Shown one piece after another: positions 35,571 through 59,800 of a DNA stretch of 64,000 nt. The stretch lies in the NCBI RefSeq assembly GCF_009914755.1, contig NC_060943.1, one strand, 5' to 3'. The notes beneath the pieces are model-generated. The model saw only the letters and a list, made by a program, of their open reading frames with translations. It was not told the DNA's origin and searched no databases. How positions within the stretch are numbered: the first letter of the stretch is position 1; each line of letters opens with the position of its first letter. Source of the stretch: the human T2T-CHM13v2.0 reference genome, Homo sapiens. Position numbers and translations under genes: made by a program.

Positions 35571-35951
35571 TGAGCAATTCACTTTTACAAAGAATTTATG
35601 AGGAAGGCACATAGCACATTGTAAATCTGCATGATGTATACGCAGGCACTTTTTATATAACAGAGAAGAAACTGAGATTTTTAAAATATATTACCAGACA
35701 GATCTGGATAGCTGAGTTATCTCACAGTATCCGGGAAGTTTTTTCTGCTATAACAAGATTCTCGTAGAACATGTTGACATCCTGCTTTAGTCACAGATTT
35801 TCTTGCTTTTTCCTACCTATATCAGAGGCTTTCAGCCTACTCGATTGTTATATTTCTCCCCCTCTTTGTAGTTCATCCTTTGTACCCTCTTTTTTCCTCT
35901 TGGAAATGTTTTCTTTAATTTCACAAGTAATACATGGGTTTTTGGTTTTAG

Positions 35952-36098
<147 letters not shown>

Positions 36099-36849
36099 TA
36101 ATTTAGAGTCTCCTCTTTGCATCATCAGTTTTCTGCACTGGAAATTACAGGGCTATCTTTGAAGAAACCAGGTGAATTTCTTCTCCCCCTTCCCAAGGGC
36201 ATGCTTTTATACTTGCTGGGTTAGAAATGGGTTTGTTAAACACGTTGATCTTCCCCATCCCTCAGTGAGCTTTACACCATTCTCGGGCCCTCCCTGCAAT
36301 CACCTCTCTCCTTTAATGGCCAAGGGGCTGGATTTGCATTATAGAACATTTATTTCATAACTATGGCAAAGAAACCAGATTTCATAAATTCTGCAAATAT
36401 TATATTGAATATCTACTCCTGGCCAGCCTTGTGCTGAGCACTGTCAATTGAATCATGAACAAGCTTTGATAACTTGCCCATTTTCGTGCAGTTTACTTTG
36501 TAGTAAAGCAGAAACATCAAATAAGTAAATTTATAAATAGATAAATAGTATGTAATGAAGCAAATTCTTTGGAAAAGGTAAACAGCATAAGGGAATAGAA
36601 AATGATGAGGACTGACAGGGCTAATTTAGGTAAGACAGTCGGGGAACGCTTTCTTGAACAGAGATGTGGAGCCTGGGATCTCTATGTGAATATCTGGCGG
36701 AGGAACAGATCAGTCACAGTGAACAGCAAATGCAAAGACCCTGTTGTTGGAAAGGAACTTTACCAGAACTCTAGAGTAGAGTTATTAAAGGAACATGTAC
36801 TAAGAAATTAGGCCAGGGAGATAGGAAGGGGCCAGATAATACATTGTTT

Positions 36850-41450
<4,601 letters not shown>

Positions 41451-41508
41451 GGCAGGTACAGTTTGGTTTTATCCTTAGTCCTGGACATAATTCTTACTCT
41501 AGGTAGGG

Positions 41509-43175
<1,667 letters not shown>

Positions 43176-45300
43176 TTTTTGACATTTAAGAAGAAGTTAA
43201 ACCCATATTTATTTACTGACACTGTAAAACCTTACATAAAACATAAGTAGTAAGTAACTAAAATGTTAAATCTAAATCTATAATGTTAAATTAAAATCTA
43301 AGCCTTACATAGAAATTAAAATTCGCTAAACTACTGATGCTATGTTGTACAAAACTGTACTCCTTTTAGTTCATAATTGGTCACCTCCATATTCAGTTGG
43401 AATATTAGGTTGGTCAGCTTAAATACTGTGGCTTTGTTTTGGTTATCCACAGAATCTTTACACCCAAATGTTAATGCATAAAAAGCAGCAAGACATTGTT
43501 AAATGAAACAGCAATAGTGCAGTTCAGACCTGTGACCAACTATATATGATTAAACTTACTTACCACATTCACATCACAATAATCATCCATCATTTAATAG
43601 CTCAACCAAAATGTTATACAGTCATCAACAGGCAAGGCACATGAAAACCCCGCACAACCAAGAATGATTTGGGCCCAAATGTCAGTAGATTTGAGTTTGG
43701 AAAAACCTTCTTGTAGTTGTTAAGGCTCAATGGCTCTGGTTAATTTAATATAATAAACAACAACTTCATAATGGAAAAAAATTAAATCCTCTATTGAGGT
43801 ATAAAACCTAATTAATTTATAAGGATAAAGTAAGTGACTACCTTGAAGTCAAAACACATTATGGACAATGAAAGAGTATTACGATTGTTCCAAATTGACA
43901 AGGGTATTTAAACCTAGGTACACAATCTTTCTTAAAATTAATTTATAGAAAGTCATAACCTGTGGGTACATGAATATGAATATACATCTTCTCCAACTTG
44001 ACAAGTACATTATTGCTGGGACAGGTACCTTTTAATAACAAGTAACTTATTAGCCTAGAAAGGCCAAACTTCTCTTTTTATTGTCAGCTTTTGGTTTTTA
44101 ATATACCTGGGGTTATATAAACAAAAACACAGTCATAGTAGTTTTGGGCTAAGTAAATTCTGGATTATGTCAAAGAAACCTGATTGTTTCTAGTATCTTT
44201 TGTAAGCGAAAGAGCAAATCTTTGTGCTTGCTCAGTGGCCTTTTAGGAAACCTGAAAGGCAGATTTTATGTGAAAGACATAATCTGTTACAATCTGTTTC
44301 ATTATTCTGAATTGGAAAAGGCATTAACAAAAAGAGTTGTCAGAGGAGCTTTTGACAAGAACAATAGTTGTGACTAATTAATCAGAACATCAACACAATA
44401 TTTAAAATAATGAGAAGGTAGCAAGATTTTAATTTTTATTTAAATAAAAAATTCTGTTCTATTTAAAAATAGTTTAGATGTGTAGTATAAGGTAGCTAAA
44501 AGCATGAAAATTATTTGACTCTTAAAATTTGAAGCATACACAGAAGTGTGGCAAAATTATGCAGATTTATTTTCTTCATGTATTGAAGAAAAAGAATAAT
44601 ACTTTAATTTCCTCATACAGAGTGGACAGTTTACTCCAAGATCATCATTTTCCCTTAGCTAGCAGTCTTTTCTATCATATCATACTTATGTCACTTTTTT
44701 CATACATTATATGACATAGCATTTCCCATATGCATTTAAACCTGCTAATATTGTCAATATACCATGCTGAATGACACTATAATTTAAAGCTTTATTTTCA
44801 ATTTTAAAATATAATTAACAGTATTAATGTGTTATAAGATGATGTGTGTATCGCATTGATTTTTGACAGGGTAGTTTGAGCTTAGTTGAGTGAAAATATG
44901 TTTAACAATGGTCAAGAAATAAGTAAACTTAATTGAAAAATAACTCAAAATATTTGTTCTTTCTCTTTTATGAATATCTTCTTAGGAACTTTTTATGCAA
45001 CCAGAAATTATTTATTAGTAACTCTCAAGATCATTTTGTCTAAGTGAATTGGAGATCTTATAATTTAAAGTGATCCTTAAATAGCAATACAATTACTGTT
45101 GATTTTTAAAATTGATAGACATTTAAAATTTTTAAATAAGGTAAAATCTATAGAGTCACATAATTGCAGCATTATATGAAGTTATAAAAATCAATCCTTT
45201 TATAAAAATTCTGGCTAATAAATCTAAGTAAATGTAAAATTTAATTGAACTTTATATTTTTACAATTGTGAACATTTATGAAAGCAATGTTTGCTTTATC

Positions 45301-45490
45301 TCAGGGGTTGGAAAACTCTGGCTCTGGAGGCCAAATCCACCTGTTTTTGCAAATAAAGTTGTATTGGAACATAGTCTTGCCCATTTGTTTATATGTTTAC
45401 ATATTGCCCATGGCTGCCTTGATAAAATGGCAGAGTTGCGACCATCGAGTTGTTAGACAAAAGAGTTGTTAGACCAAACAAAATCAGCCA
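45301..45490 (+). mobile_element. MER58A-like MITE
   Basis: caggggttggaaaact..ggccaaatcc..gtttttgcaaataaagttgtattggaaca. Confidence 0.75.
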
Positions 45491-45846
45491 AAGCTCATTA
45501 TGATAAGAATTTGATTCCCATTAAGATACATTGGATGACCACAACTGGGCACATAAGGGCTTGATTGATGGAAGCTGACATTTGGTTTGAGGGAACATCA
45601 GCGTGGGAAAATGAGGGACTTGTTGAAGCGACCTCTGTGGAATCCTCCAGAAAACTATAAAATCAGAACATTCAGATCACAAGAGCTGCAAAATCAAGGC
45701 TGAGTTTGTTATTTAACAGGGGAGTGCCTTAATGCCAAGGAGTGAGTTCAGTAAGTCTCCTAATTTGTCTTTTATTTCTACTGTAGTTTTTTTTTTTTTT
45801 CCCTAGTGAAGGAAATAAAATGTGTGGTTTTCTTGTTTTCTTTCAG

Positions 45847-47543
45847 ATTTGGAGTCAAAAACATATGAGACCAAAAAAATATTTTCAGAAAATGATATTT
45901 TTGAAATAAATTTTTCCCAGTGGAAGGACAAAAGTAAAACCCTTGGCCTTGAGGCATCCATCTTCAGAAATAATTGGAAGTGCAAAAGCATATTCGAGGG
46001 ACTAAAAGGACATCAAGAGGGATACTTCAGTCAAATGATAATCAGCTATGAAAAAATACCTTCTTACAGAAAAAGTAAATCTCTTACTCCACATCAAAGA
46101 ATTCATAATACAGAGAAATCCTATGTTTGTAAGGAATGTGGGAAGGCTTGCAGTCATGGCTCAAAACTTGTTCAACATGAGAGAACTCATACAGCTGAAA
46201 AACACTTTGAATGTAAAGAATGTGGGAAGAATTATTTAAGTGCCTATCAACTCAATGTGCATCAGAGATTTCATACTGGTGAGAAACCCTATGAGTGTAA
46301 GGAATGTGGGAAGACCTTTAGCTGGGGATCAAGCCTTGTTAAACATGAGAGAATTCACACTGGTGAGAAACCCTATGAATGTAAAGAATGTGGGAAGGCC
46401 TTTAGTCGTGGCTATCACCTTACCCAACATCAGAAAATTCATATTGGTGTGAAATCTTATAAATGTAAGGAATGTGGGAAGGCCTTTTTTTGGGGCTCAA
46501 GCCTTGCTAAACATGAGATAATTCATACAGGTGAGAAACCTTATAAATGTAAAGAATGTGGGAAGGCCTTCAGTCGTGGCTATCAACTTACTCAGCATCA
46601 GAAAATCCATACTGGTAAGAAACCTTATGAATGTAAAATATGTGGAAAGGCTTTTTGTTGGGGCTATCAACTTACTCGACATCAGATATTTCATACTGGT
46701 GAGAAACCCTATGAATGCAAGGAATGTGGGAAGGCTTTTAATTGCGGATCAAGTCTTATTCAACATGAAAGAATTCATACTGGTGAGAAACCTTATGAAT
46801 GTAAAGAATGTGGAAAGGCCTTTAGTCGTGGCTATCACCTTTCTCAACATCAGAAAATCCATACTGGTGAGAAACCTTTTGAATGTAAGGAATGTGGGAA
46901 GGCCTTTAGTTGGGGTTCAAGCCTTGTTAAACATGAGAGAGTTCATACTGGTGAGAAATCCCATGAATGTAAAGAATGCGGAAAGACCTTTTGTAGTGGG
47001 TATCAACTTACTCGACATCAGGTATTTCACACTGGTGAGAAACCCTATGAATGTAAGGAATGTGGGAAGGCTTTTAATTGTGGATCAAGCCTTGTTCAAC
47101 ATGAAAGAATCCATACAGGGGAGAAACCCTATGAATGTAAAGAATGTGGGAAGGCTTTTAGTCGTGGCTATCACCTTACTCAACATCAGAAAATTCATAC
47201 CGGTGAGAAACCTTTCAAATGTAAGGAATGTGGGAAGGCCTTCAGTTGGGGTTCAAGCCTAGTTAAGCATGAGAGAGTCCATACTAATGAGAAGTCTTAT
47301 GAATGTAAAGACTGTGGGAAGGCCTTTGGTAGTGGCTATCAACTTAGTGTTCATCAGAGATTTCATACTGGTGAGAAGCTTTATCAACGTAAGGAATTCG
47401 GGAAGACCTTTACTCATGGCTCAAAACTTGTTCATGAAAGAACTCATAGTAATGATAAACCCTACAAATATAACGAATGTGGGGAAGCCTTTCTGTGGAC
47501 AACTTACTCAAATGAGAAAATTGATACTGATGAAACCTTATGA
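45847..47543 (+). CDS. ZNF283: ZNF283 terminal coding exon: spacer, 15 intact C2H2 fingers (46122-47381) and 2 degenerate fingers
   Basis: ORF 45822..47543. Acceptor ttttctttcag|AT (phase 1, G+AT = Asp). CxxC-x12-HxxxH fingers with TGEKPY linkers at 84-nt period. Spliced CDS 122+88+127+1697 = 2034 nt = 677 aa. Confidence 0.96.
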
Positions 47544-48570
47544 TTGAAAGTTGTAAAAGAATATTTTGTGTGTGTGTATAGACAACTTATCATAATAAGA
47601 ACTCTTACTCTTGAGAAACCTTGTGAATGTAAGGGTTGTGCAAAAGCCATTCATTTCTGTTTATGGGCAATTATCTTGCTATCCAGCAATTCATACTAGT
47701 GAGAAATATTTTGAATATAACTAATATGAAAAGGCCTTTAGACTTCTGTACAGTCTTATTGGATATCAATTTATACTGATGTAAAATCATTTAAATGTAA
47801 GGAATGTGTGAAGATCTTCATTCATGACACAAAGTCTGATTAACATCAAATAATTGGTATTTGTTAAAAAGAGTTTAAATGGGAGGAATGTGGGAAGGAC
47901 CTAAACTTAATTCAGTTCTTGCTGCACATCAGAGAATTCATACTGCTGTGTAATCCTATGCACATAAGGAATTTGGGAAGGCTTATAGACATAGTAAATA
48001 TCTTAGAGTACATCAGAGAATTCATCCAAATGAGAAATCATTTGAATTAGAATTATAGGAAGGCCTTTAGACAAATGCTACCCAAATTATTATCCAGAGA
48101 CTGGTGCAGTCATAAAATTGTCATCTGTCAATCGTGAGATAAACGTGGAAAGTGAGTAAATATTTGGAACTTTTATAGCAATTTGACATTTCCATAACAT
48201 TCTATTTTACAAAATTATCAGTCCATAAATGATTGAGAATTGAAAACAAAGTTTGTTCTTTCCCAGAAATAATTTGAGACAAGACTCACACTTTTCAAGA
48301 CATGAGACAAGTGACAATTTAAATAAGAAATTCTTCACTTGCACCTCTCTGATTAGAATAGCAGAATATTCATACTATAGCAAGATTTGGCAAATGAGGG
48401 AATCAAAATTTTCTAATGCCTGTAACAGCATAAGATAATTTATACCAGATATGTTAAATGTGCAGAAGCCTTCCAACACTATTCAGTCTTTGTTAAACTT
48501 CAGTAAGTTCATCCTAGAGAGTAACTCTGTTAATGTAACAAATGTAGGAAAACCCTTATCCATGGCAAAT
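47544..48570 (+). pseudogene. Decayed zinc-finger coding relics in the ZNF283 3'UTR
   Basis: Frameshifted or stopped motifs such as tgtaaggaatgtgtgaag, gaatgtgggaagg, catcagagaattcatact, catcagagaattcatccaaatgagaaa and tgtaacaaatgtaggaaaaccc. Confidence 0.85.
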
Positions 48571-49306
48571 ACCATACTGTCATCACCATTTCACCTCCAT
48601 ACTACCTGTAGGATGGTGAGCAAAATGCTTATCTCTTCTGGACATGATGTTTCAAATGCTGATGGTAACTAATAATGCTGTTACAGAGATTAGATGGATT
48701 TAGTATGCATCATATCCTTGGAAGAGTATCTGGTATGTAGCCTATGCTTAATACATATTAGCTATTGTTCATATTGTCTTTATTATTAGTATTACTACTG
48801 GTGAATTCTTAGGAGAGGCACAACCGTTTTGAGGAATGAATTCAGAAAAGCTTCCCATAACCACTCATCCATTTGAATTTCAGATAGGTCATTCTGGATA
48901 AGATCTAGTACAGTATAAAGAATTTGAGGGGATTTTAATTCAGAGTTTATCCCTTAAGCTGAGCTAAAAAAATGAGACTTGAAAAAACCCAGACTTTTGA
49001 AGAGTTTAGGAAAGCTGTTTTATAGAATGTCACACATTAGTTTCTTTCCTCATGGTGAAATTTGATATGGGCCTCTCCTTCACATTTCTCGTAACATGAA
49101 GTTGGAAATAGAGGCTTAAACATTTTTTACCAGAACACTTCATAGATGGTGATGTGTACTTCATCTTGCAATACCTCAGAAGCAGATAGTATCCATTTCC
49201 CCCAGTATCACCAGTGCCAAGTTTGATCACTTATGATAACTACTGGAGTTGTCCGTTATAAAGATCCGTTATATACCTAATAGGATTGGTCAGCCTTGAT
49301 CAATGA

Positions 49307-49624
<318 letters not shown>

Positions 49625-50333
49625 TATATTTTACTATTTGGAAATCACAATGCATCTTAAAATTGATGGCTTCTTGCAACCACTTTCAACCAGGTGCCTG
49701 TCATGATTTAGTGCTAGCATCAAGGCAGGTTAGTTATGAAGAAATAGAGTGTGTGTTTATATACTCACACAGTTAGAAATCGACCCTTTTAAAAATTATT
49801 TCTTTTTGAAAATAATGTCAGTTCCATCAGAACTAATGCATTGATAACTAAATGTCTGTGGTTCCTTGTCATAGGTCTACACCTGACCTCTCTATTTTGT
49901 GCACATAGGGGATTCGTAATATCACTGTTCAGTCAGTCATTCACCATCTAGTGATCATCATTCTACATGATTGCACTTTTTCAAAGGCATAAAAAGCCAA
50001 CAGTTGCACTTTTAATAATCAACTGTAACACAAAGCAGAGTACTTTGGGAGTTTTAACAGGATATATTATTGGTAACTGGCTATTATGCCACTCCCTCTG
50101 GGTGCCACATTTGCCTGTTAACCAAGAAATGTAGACATGGTGCCTTATCCCAACATTTCTGAAATTATATCTCAAGGAATCACCAGTGCTTACTAGTACT
50201 TGACAATGAAGGAGGATTTTACAGTTAAAGAAGCTTATAAAGTAGCATCTACTAAATCCCCTCTTAAGGAACAAGCAAAAGCACCTCACCAGCTTATCAA
50301 AAGACTAAAGAGAAGTGAAAAAAAAAAAAAGAC

Positions 50334-50638
<305 letters not shown>

Positions 50639-50895
50639 CTAAGGAGTATTCTAGTGAAGAAAATGGTTGAACTTTGTTTAAACTGGTGTATGGCAAACTT
50701 CACTGTTGAAATACTTATTCCCATGACCTATTATCTTTGTAGGTGGGTGAAATTGCATTGGGAACTGCTGCTATAACCAAAAGAGAATTTCAGTCACCAT
50801 GTCTGGTTGTTAGCTATGATGGAATGGCAGCATCATGGTCTCAGTTATGAGTGAAAATCTTTGTTGTAGCTAAGTAGTGGTGCCTCCTGAGTTTT

Positions 50896-50901
50896 ATTAA
50901 A
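50896..50901 (+). terminator. Candidate distal poly(A) signal (ATTAAA) for ZNF283
   Basis: ATTAAA followed by T-rich sequence about 3.35 kb after the stop codon. I saw no non-Alu AATAAA nearer the stop. Confidence 0.45.
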
Positions 50902-51873
50902 TGCCGTTTCACTATCTTTTTCTGCACTTCTATAGTATTTAATTTGTTCATGTGATAATTTATTCTGATAGATTCACTGACTTTTTCCCATTCCTGGATA
51001 TTCCAGGTTAGTCATAGTATCCTTCTGATGCATTGCTTGATTTCATTTTGCCATTTTATTTAGTATTTTTGCATCTCATGAGTGAGATTATATAATAGTT
51101 TTCTTTTTTATTGTATTTTTGTTTGTTTTGGTATTGCAATAGCCTGTTTTTTAATATTGTATGATCCTATTAGGTTATTTTGTTTGATCCTTGACCACTT
51201 TTCTAGTTCCATCTGTTGCATTTTTTTTTGTCTTTTAATTCCTACTTCAGACATAACAGATTTATTGAGTGTTAGCACAGTTCCTTTAAGGAGCCTTCAT
51301 AGCCATGTAGTACTAGCCAAGATCCGCATAAAAGACGCATCCCAGCATGGCCCCTAAAATCCTTCATTATGTGCTCTTAAGAATAATGTGTTGGGAAGTC
51401 AGAACTTCCTTATAGGGCTGTTATGATCATACTTGTACATGTCTTTTGGAGCACACGTGTACACATTTCTTTCTGTATATACTGGGAGTGGAATTGCTGG
51501 GGTGTGGTCATGGATACACATCTGTTCAACTTTTTAGTAAGTTTAAATTCTTCTGAACAGTTTTCCAAACAAATGAACCGTCTTATACTCTCACCAGCAG
51601 TATATCAATGTTCTGCTTTCTCCACATCTTTGAAAATACTTGACATCATCAGTTTAAAGAATATTTTCATTACTCTCATAGGTAATATAGTGGCATTTGA
51701 TTGTTGATAATTGTGGTTTAATTTTCCATTTTCTGATTGCTGCCTATTTGTATATTCTTGCAATTTCTCTTCGCTCCTTGCTCCGGGCATTGGATGCATT
51801 CGATGTGTCTGTTTTTTACAGAGCCTCTGTTCAGTTTGCAGGACAACAATTAACACCTAGGCCATGACATTCT

Positions 51874-51876
<3 letters not shown>

Positions 51877-51920
<44 letters not shown>
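51877..51920 (+). repeat. (TG)22 microsatellite
   Basis: Direct count. Confidence 0.97.
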
Positions 51921-51923
<3 letters not shown>

Positions 51924-52049
51924 TCCCCACCAGTGAGCTGGTTTTGATGACTGTGATGGAATCAGCTTTATCTCTGCATCTCCAGTTCCCAGTATGAACC
52001 ATGACCCTTAGTTGTTTGATTCAGTTAGGATACACTCAGCAGAAATTAA

Positions 52050-52819
<770 letters not shown>

Positions 52820-53552
52820 TCAGTTTCTCTTCCATTTTCCACTCTGCACTCCCCAGTGTTGGCTGGCACCATGATGGCTGGCAGGTTTCCAGATATTACA
52901 AACAGACATGACAACATCCACAGAAAATAATAAGGGAGAGCATCTCCCGTGACAGGAGCAAGGAAACATTTCCCATTGGCCAGCAGCGTACATCTGCTTT
53001 TAGTTGCTAAAATGGGTTATATGTAATTCCTGAAATAATCATTGGTATTACTTTAAATTAGCCATAGACTCTCAAAGGTTTTAGTTAAATAAAAAATCAG
53101 ACTCTTAAGTTTCATTAGCTTTTTATGTATGAGACATAACAAGTGATCCTTTATTTTAAAAAGTAAAATTACAAATATGTATAAATTTCATAATACAGAT
53201 AATTTAATGTATATATTAAGACCACAAACATAATTTCACCTTTTTGAGATTAATGTTAATTTTTAAAAGCAGAAATTCTGAAATATAAAGTCTATATTGT
53301 TAGAACATTTACTAGGAATTTTTTATGATATAGAATATTATCTGATTGTTTGTAGATGTAGGGGACAGGGAAAATATTTTTGGTCTAACCTTGTTAAGTA
53401 TTTTTTCTTCCAGACTCAGAGGAGCCTACTCTTAATTTCTAGAATTCTGTTAGTTAACCTGAAGACTGAGAAGGCCAAGATTTACAATGTGGAAATGAAA
53501 CCAAGGTGTAATTGGAATTTGGGTGAACATATTTACTCAATTCATTTTTTAA

Positions 53553-56415
<2,863 letters not shown>

Positions 56416-56435
56416 CTCTTTTTCTTGCTTTAAAG

Positions 56436-56862
56436 CAGGGGTCCCCAACCCCCGGGCCACAGACTCATACTGGTCTGTTAGGAACTGGGCCACACAGCAG
56501 GAGGTGAGCAGTAGGAGAGCGAGCAAAGTTCATTTGTATTTACAGCCACTCCTCATCACTCACATTACTGACTAAGGTCCCCCTTCTGTCAGATCAGTGG
56601 AGGCATTAGATTGCCATAGTAGCATGAACCCTATTGTGAACTGTGCATGCAAGAGTTCTAGGTTGTGCATTCCTTATGAGAATCTAATGCCTGATGATCT
56701 GTCAGTGTCTCCCATCACCCCCAGATGGGACTGCCTATTTGCAGGAAATCAAGCTCAGGGCTCCCACTGATTCTACAAAATAATGAGTTGTATAATAATT
56801 TAATTATATATTCTAATGTAACAATAATAGAAATAAAGTGCACAATAAATGTAATGTGCTTG
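56436..56862 (+). mobile_element. MER1A, 3'-truncated
   Basis: Starts CAGGGGTCCCCAACCCCC and is colinear with the copy at 4945. Confidence 0.88.
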
Positions 56863-56869
56863 AGTCCAA

Positions 56870-59800
56870 GCAGATAAGTCTTTCCCTATAAAACCTACTC
56901 CAAAATATTGGAAGATGTGAGTTTCACTAGATGACTAGAAATCAACATAGGGAAACATCAAACATGAAAATGCAAGAAAACGTAACACCTCCAAAGAAAC
57001 ACAATAATTCTTTAATAATAGACCCCAATCATAAGGAAATATATGAAATGCCAGAACAAAAGTTCAAAATAATGATTATAAGAAAATTCAACAAGGTACA
57101 AGAGAACACGGATAGATAATTCAACAAAATCAGGGCAACAATTTACGATTTGAATGAGAAATTCAACAAAGAGAGAAACATCATAAAAAAGAACCAAACA
57201 AAATTTAGAGCTGAAGAATTCAATGAATAAAATAAAAAATACAGTCAAGTGCTTCAAAAACAGACTAGGCCAAGCAGAAGAAAGAATTTCTGAACTTGAA
57301 GACAGGCTGTTTGAAATAACATAGGCAGACAAAAAAAGAAAAAAGAATGAAAAAACCTTACAGGATTTGTGGCACACTATTCAGTGAACAAATATTCACA
57401 TTATGGGCATTCCAGAAGGAGAAAGTTGAGGGAAACATATTTAATGAAATAATAGCTGATTTATTCATAGATGGCAGAAATTAAAAGAAATAATAGCTGG
57501 AAACCTATAAACACCATCTTGAAAACATGCAAAACTATAAAACTCACTGGTAGAGCCAATGCACAAGAAGAGAAAGGAATCAAACCTTATCACTGCAGAA
57601 TACCACCCAAGCAAAAATAATAAGAGAAGAAGTAAGGAACAAAGAATATATAAAACAACCAGAAAATAATCAATAAAATAACAGGAGTATGCCCTCACCT
57701 ATTCATAATAACCTTGCATGTAAACAGATTAAATTCCATATTTAAAAGATATAAACTGGCTAAATGGATTAAAAAAAAAAAAAACAAGACCTAACTATAT
57801 GCTGCCTATAAGAAACTCACCTCACCTATAAAGACACAAATAGGCTAAAAGTGAAGAGATGGAAAAAGGTATTCCATGCAAATAGAAACCAAAAGTGAGC
57901 AGGAATAGCTATATGTATATTAGACAAAACAAATTTTAGGTCAAAAGCTGTAAGAACAGACAAAGAAGAACATTATATAATAATAAAGGGATAAATTAAG
58001 GAAGAAAATATAACAATTGTAAGTATATATGCACCCAACACTGGAACACTCAGATTTATAAAGCCAATATTATTAGATCTAAAGAGAGAGATAAAGCGAA
58101 ATACAGTAATAGTTTGGGACTTCCACACTCTACTCTCTGCATTGGAGAGATTATCTAGACAGAAAATTAACAAAGAAATATTGGATTTCAACTGCACCAT
58201 AGATGAAATATACCTAACATATTTATGGAACATTCTGCCCAATGGGTGCAGAATACACACTTTTTTCATCAGCATAATAAATACCTATGTCAAAAATAGA
58301 AAATTTCCAATAAACAACCTAATTATGCATCTCAAGGATCTAGAAAAGAAGAACAAGCCCAATTAGTAGGAGAGAAATAATAAAAATCAGAGCAAAAATA
58401 AAATTGAGAGTCAAAAATACAATAGAGCAATGAAACAAATAATTGTTTTTTTGAAACAATAAAATCAGCAATTAGCCAGACTAAATAAGAAAAGAGAGAA
58501 GACTCAAATAAATAAAATTGGAAATGAAAAATGAGACATTACAATGGATACCACAGAAAAAAGGATCATTAGACAATACTATGAAAAATATATGCCAATA
58601 CAATTTTAAAACTAGAGGAAATGGATAAATTACTGGACATATGCAACCTACTAAGATTGAACCAAGAAGAAATAGAAAACCTGAAAAGACTAATGACAGA
58701 TAATGAGATTAAATCAGTAATAAAATGACTCCCAATAAAAAAAAGTCCAAGAATGGATGGTTTTAATTACTGAATTCTACCAAATCTTTAAAGAATTAAT
58801 ACCAATTTTTCTGAAAATATTTCCAAGAAATTGAAGCAGAGGGAACTCTTCCTAAATCATTTTATGAGACCAGCATAACCCTGATACCAAAGTCAAATAA
58901 GAATGCAACAAAAGAAAACTACAGGCCAATATCCTTGATGAACAGAAATGCAAAAACCTCAGCAAAATACTAGCAAATAGAATACAATACATCAAAAAGA
59001 CAATACACTATGATCAAGTGGGATTTATTCCAGGAATGCAAAAATGGCTCAACATATGCAAATCAATAAACATGATATATCACATCAACAGAATGAAAGA
59101 CAAAAACCATATGATCACCTCAATAGATGCAGAAAATGCAACTGATAAAATTCAACATTCCTTCATGATAAAAACTCTCAATAAATTAGGTATAGAAGGA
59201 AAGTTCCTCAACACAATAAAGACCATATATGACAAACCCAAAGCTGTCATCATACTGAATGCAGAAAAGCTGAATGATTTTCCTCTAAGATCTGGAACAA
59301 AACAAGGATGCCCACTCTCAGCACTCTTATTCAACATAATACTGGAAGTCCTAGTTAGAGCTATTAGGCAAGAGAAAAATAGCGGGCATCCAAACTGGAA
59401 GGAAGGAAGTTAAATAGTTCTTGTTTGCAGACTACATAATTTTCTATATAGAAAAACCTAAAGACTCTACCAAAAAACTCTTAGAACAGATAAACAAATT
59501 CACTAAAGTTGCAGGATACAAAGTCAACATGCAAAAATCAGTATCATTTCTACACACGAAAAACAAACTAGCTGAAAAAGAACTCAAAAAGGCAATCTCA
59601 TTTTCTAAAGCTGCAAAAACAACAACAACAACAAAAACCTAGGAAGAAGCTTAACCAACGAGGTAAAAGATCTCTACAAGGAAAACTACAAAATGCTGAT
59701 GAAAAAAATTGAAGAGGATACAAGTAAATGTAAAAACACCTTATGCTCATGGATTGGAAGAATTAATATTGTTAAAATAACCATACTGCCAAAAGGAATC

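Noticed and set aside
45822-45846. Start of the 573-aa ORF (MWFSCFLS)
   Set aside because: This is the intronic polypyrimidine tract with a non-ATG start. The real exon begins at 45847.
46531-47262. 243-aa alternative-frame ORF ([11 protein letters not shown] repeats) and similar short ones
   Set aside because: Standard shifted-frame shadow of C2H2 codons. No independent evidence of translation.
49630-50330. Unique-looking segment that might be a retrocopy or transposase relic
   Set aside because: No ORF, poly(A) or TSD that I could confirm. Left unassigned.
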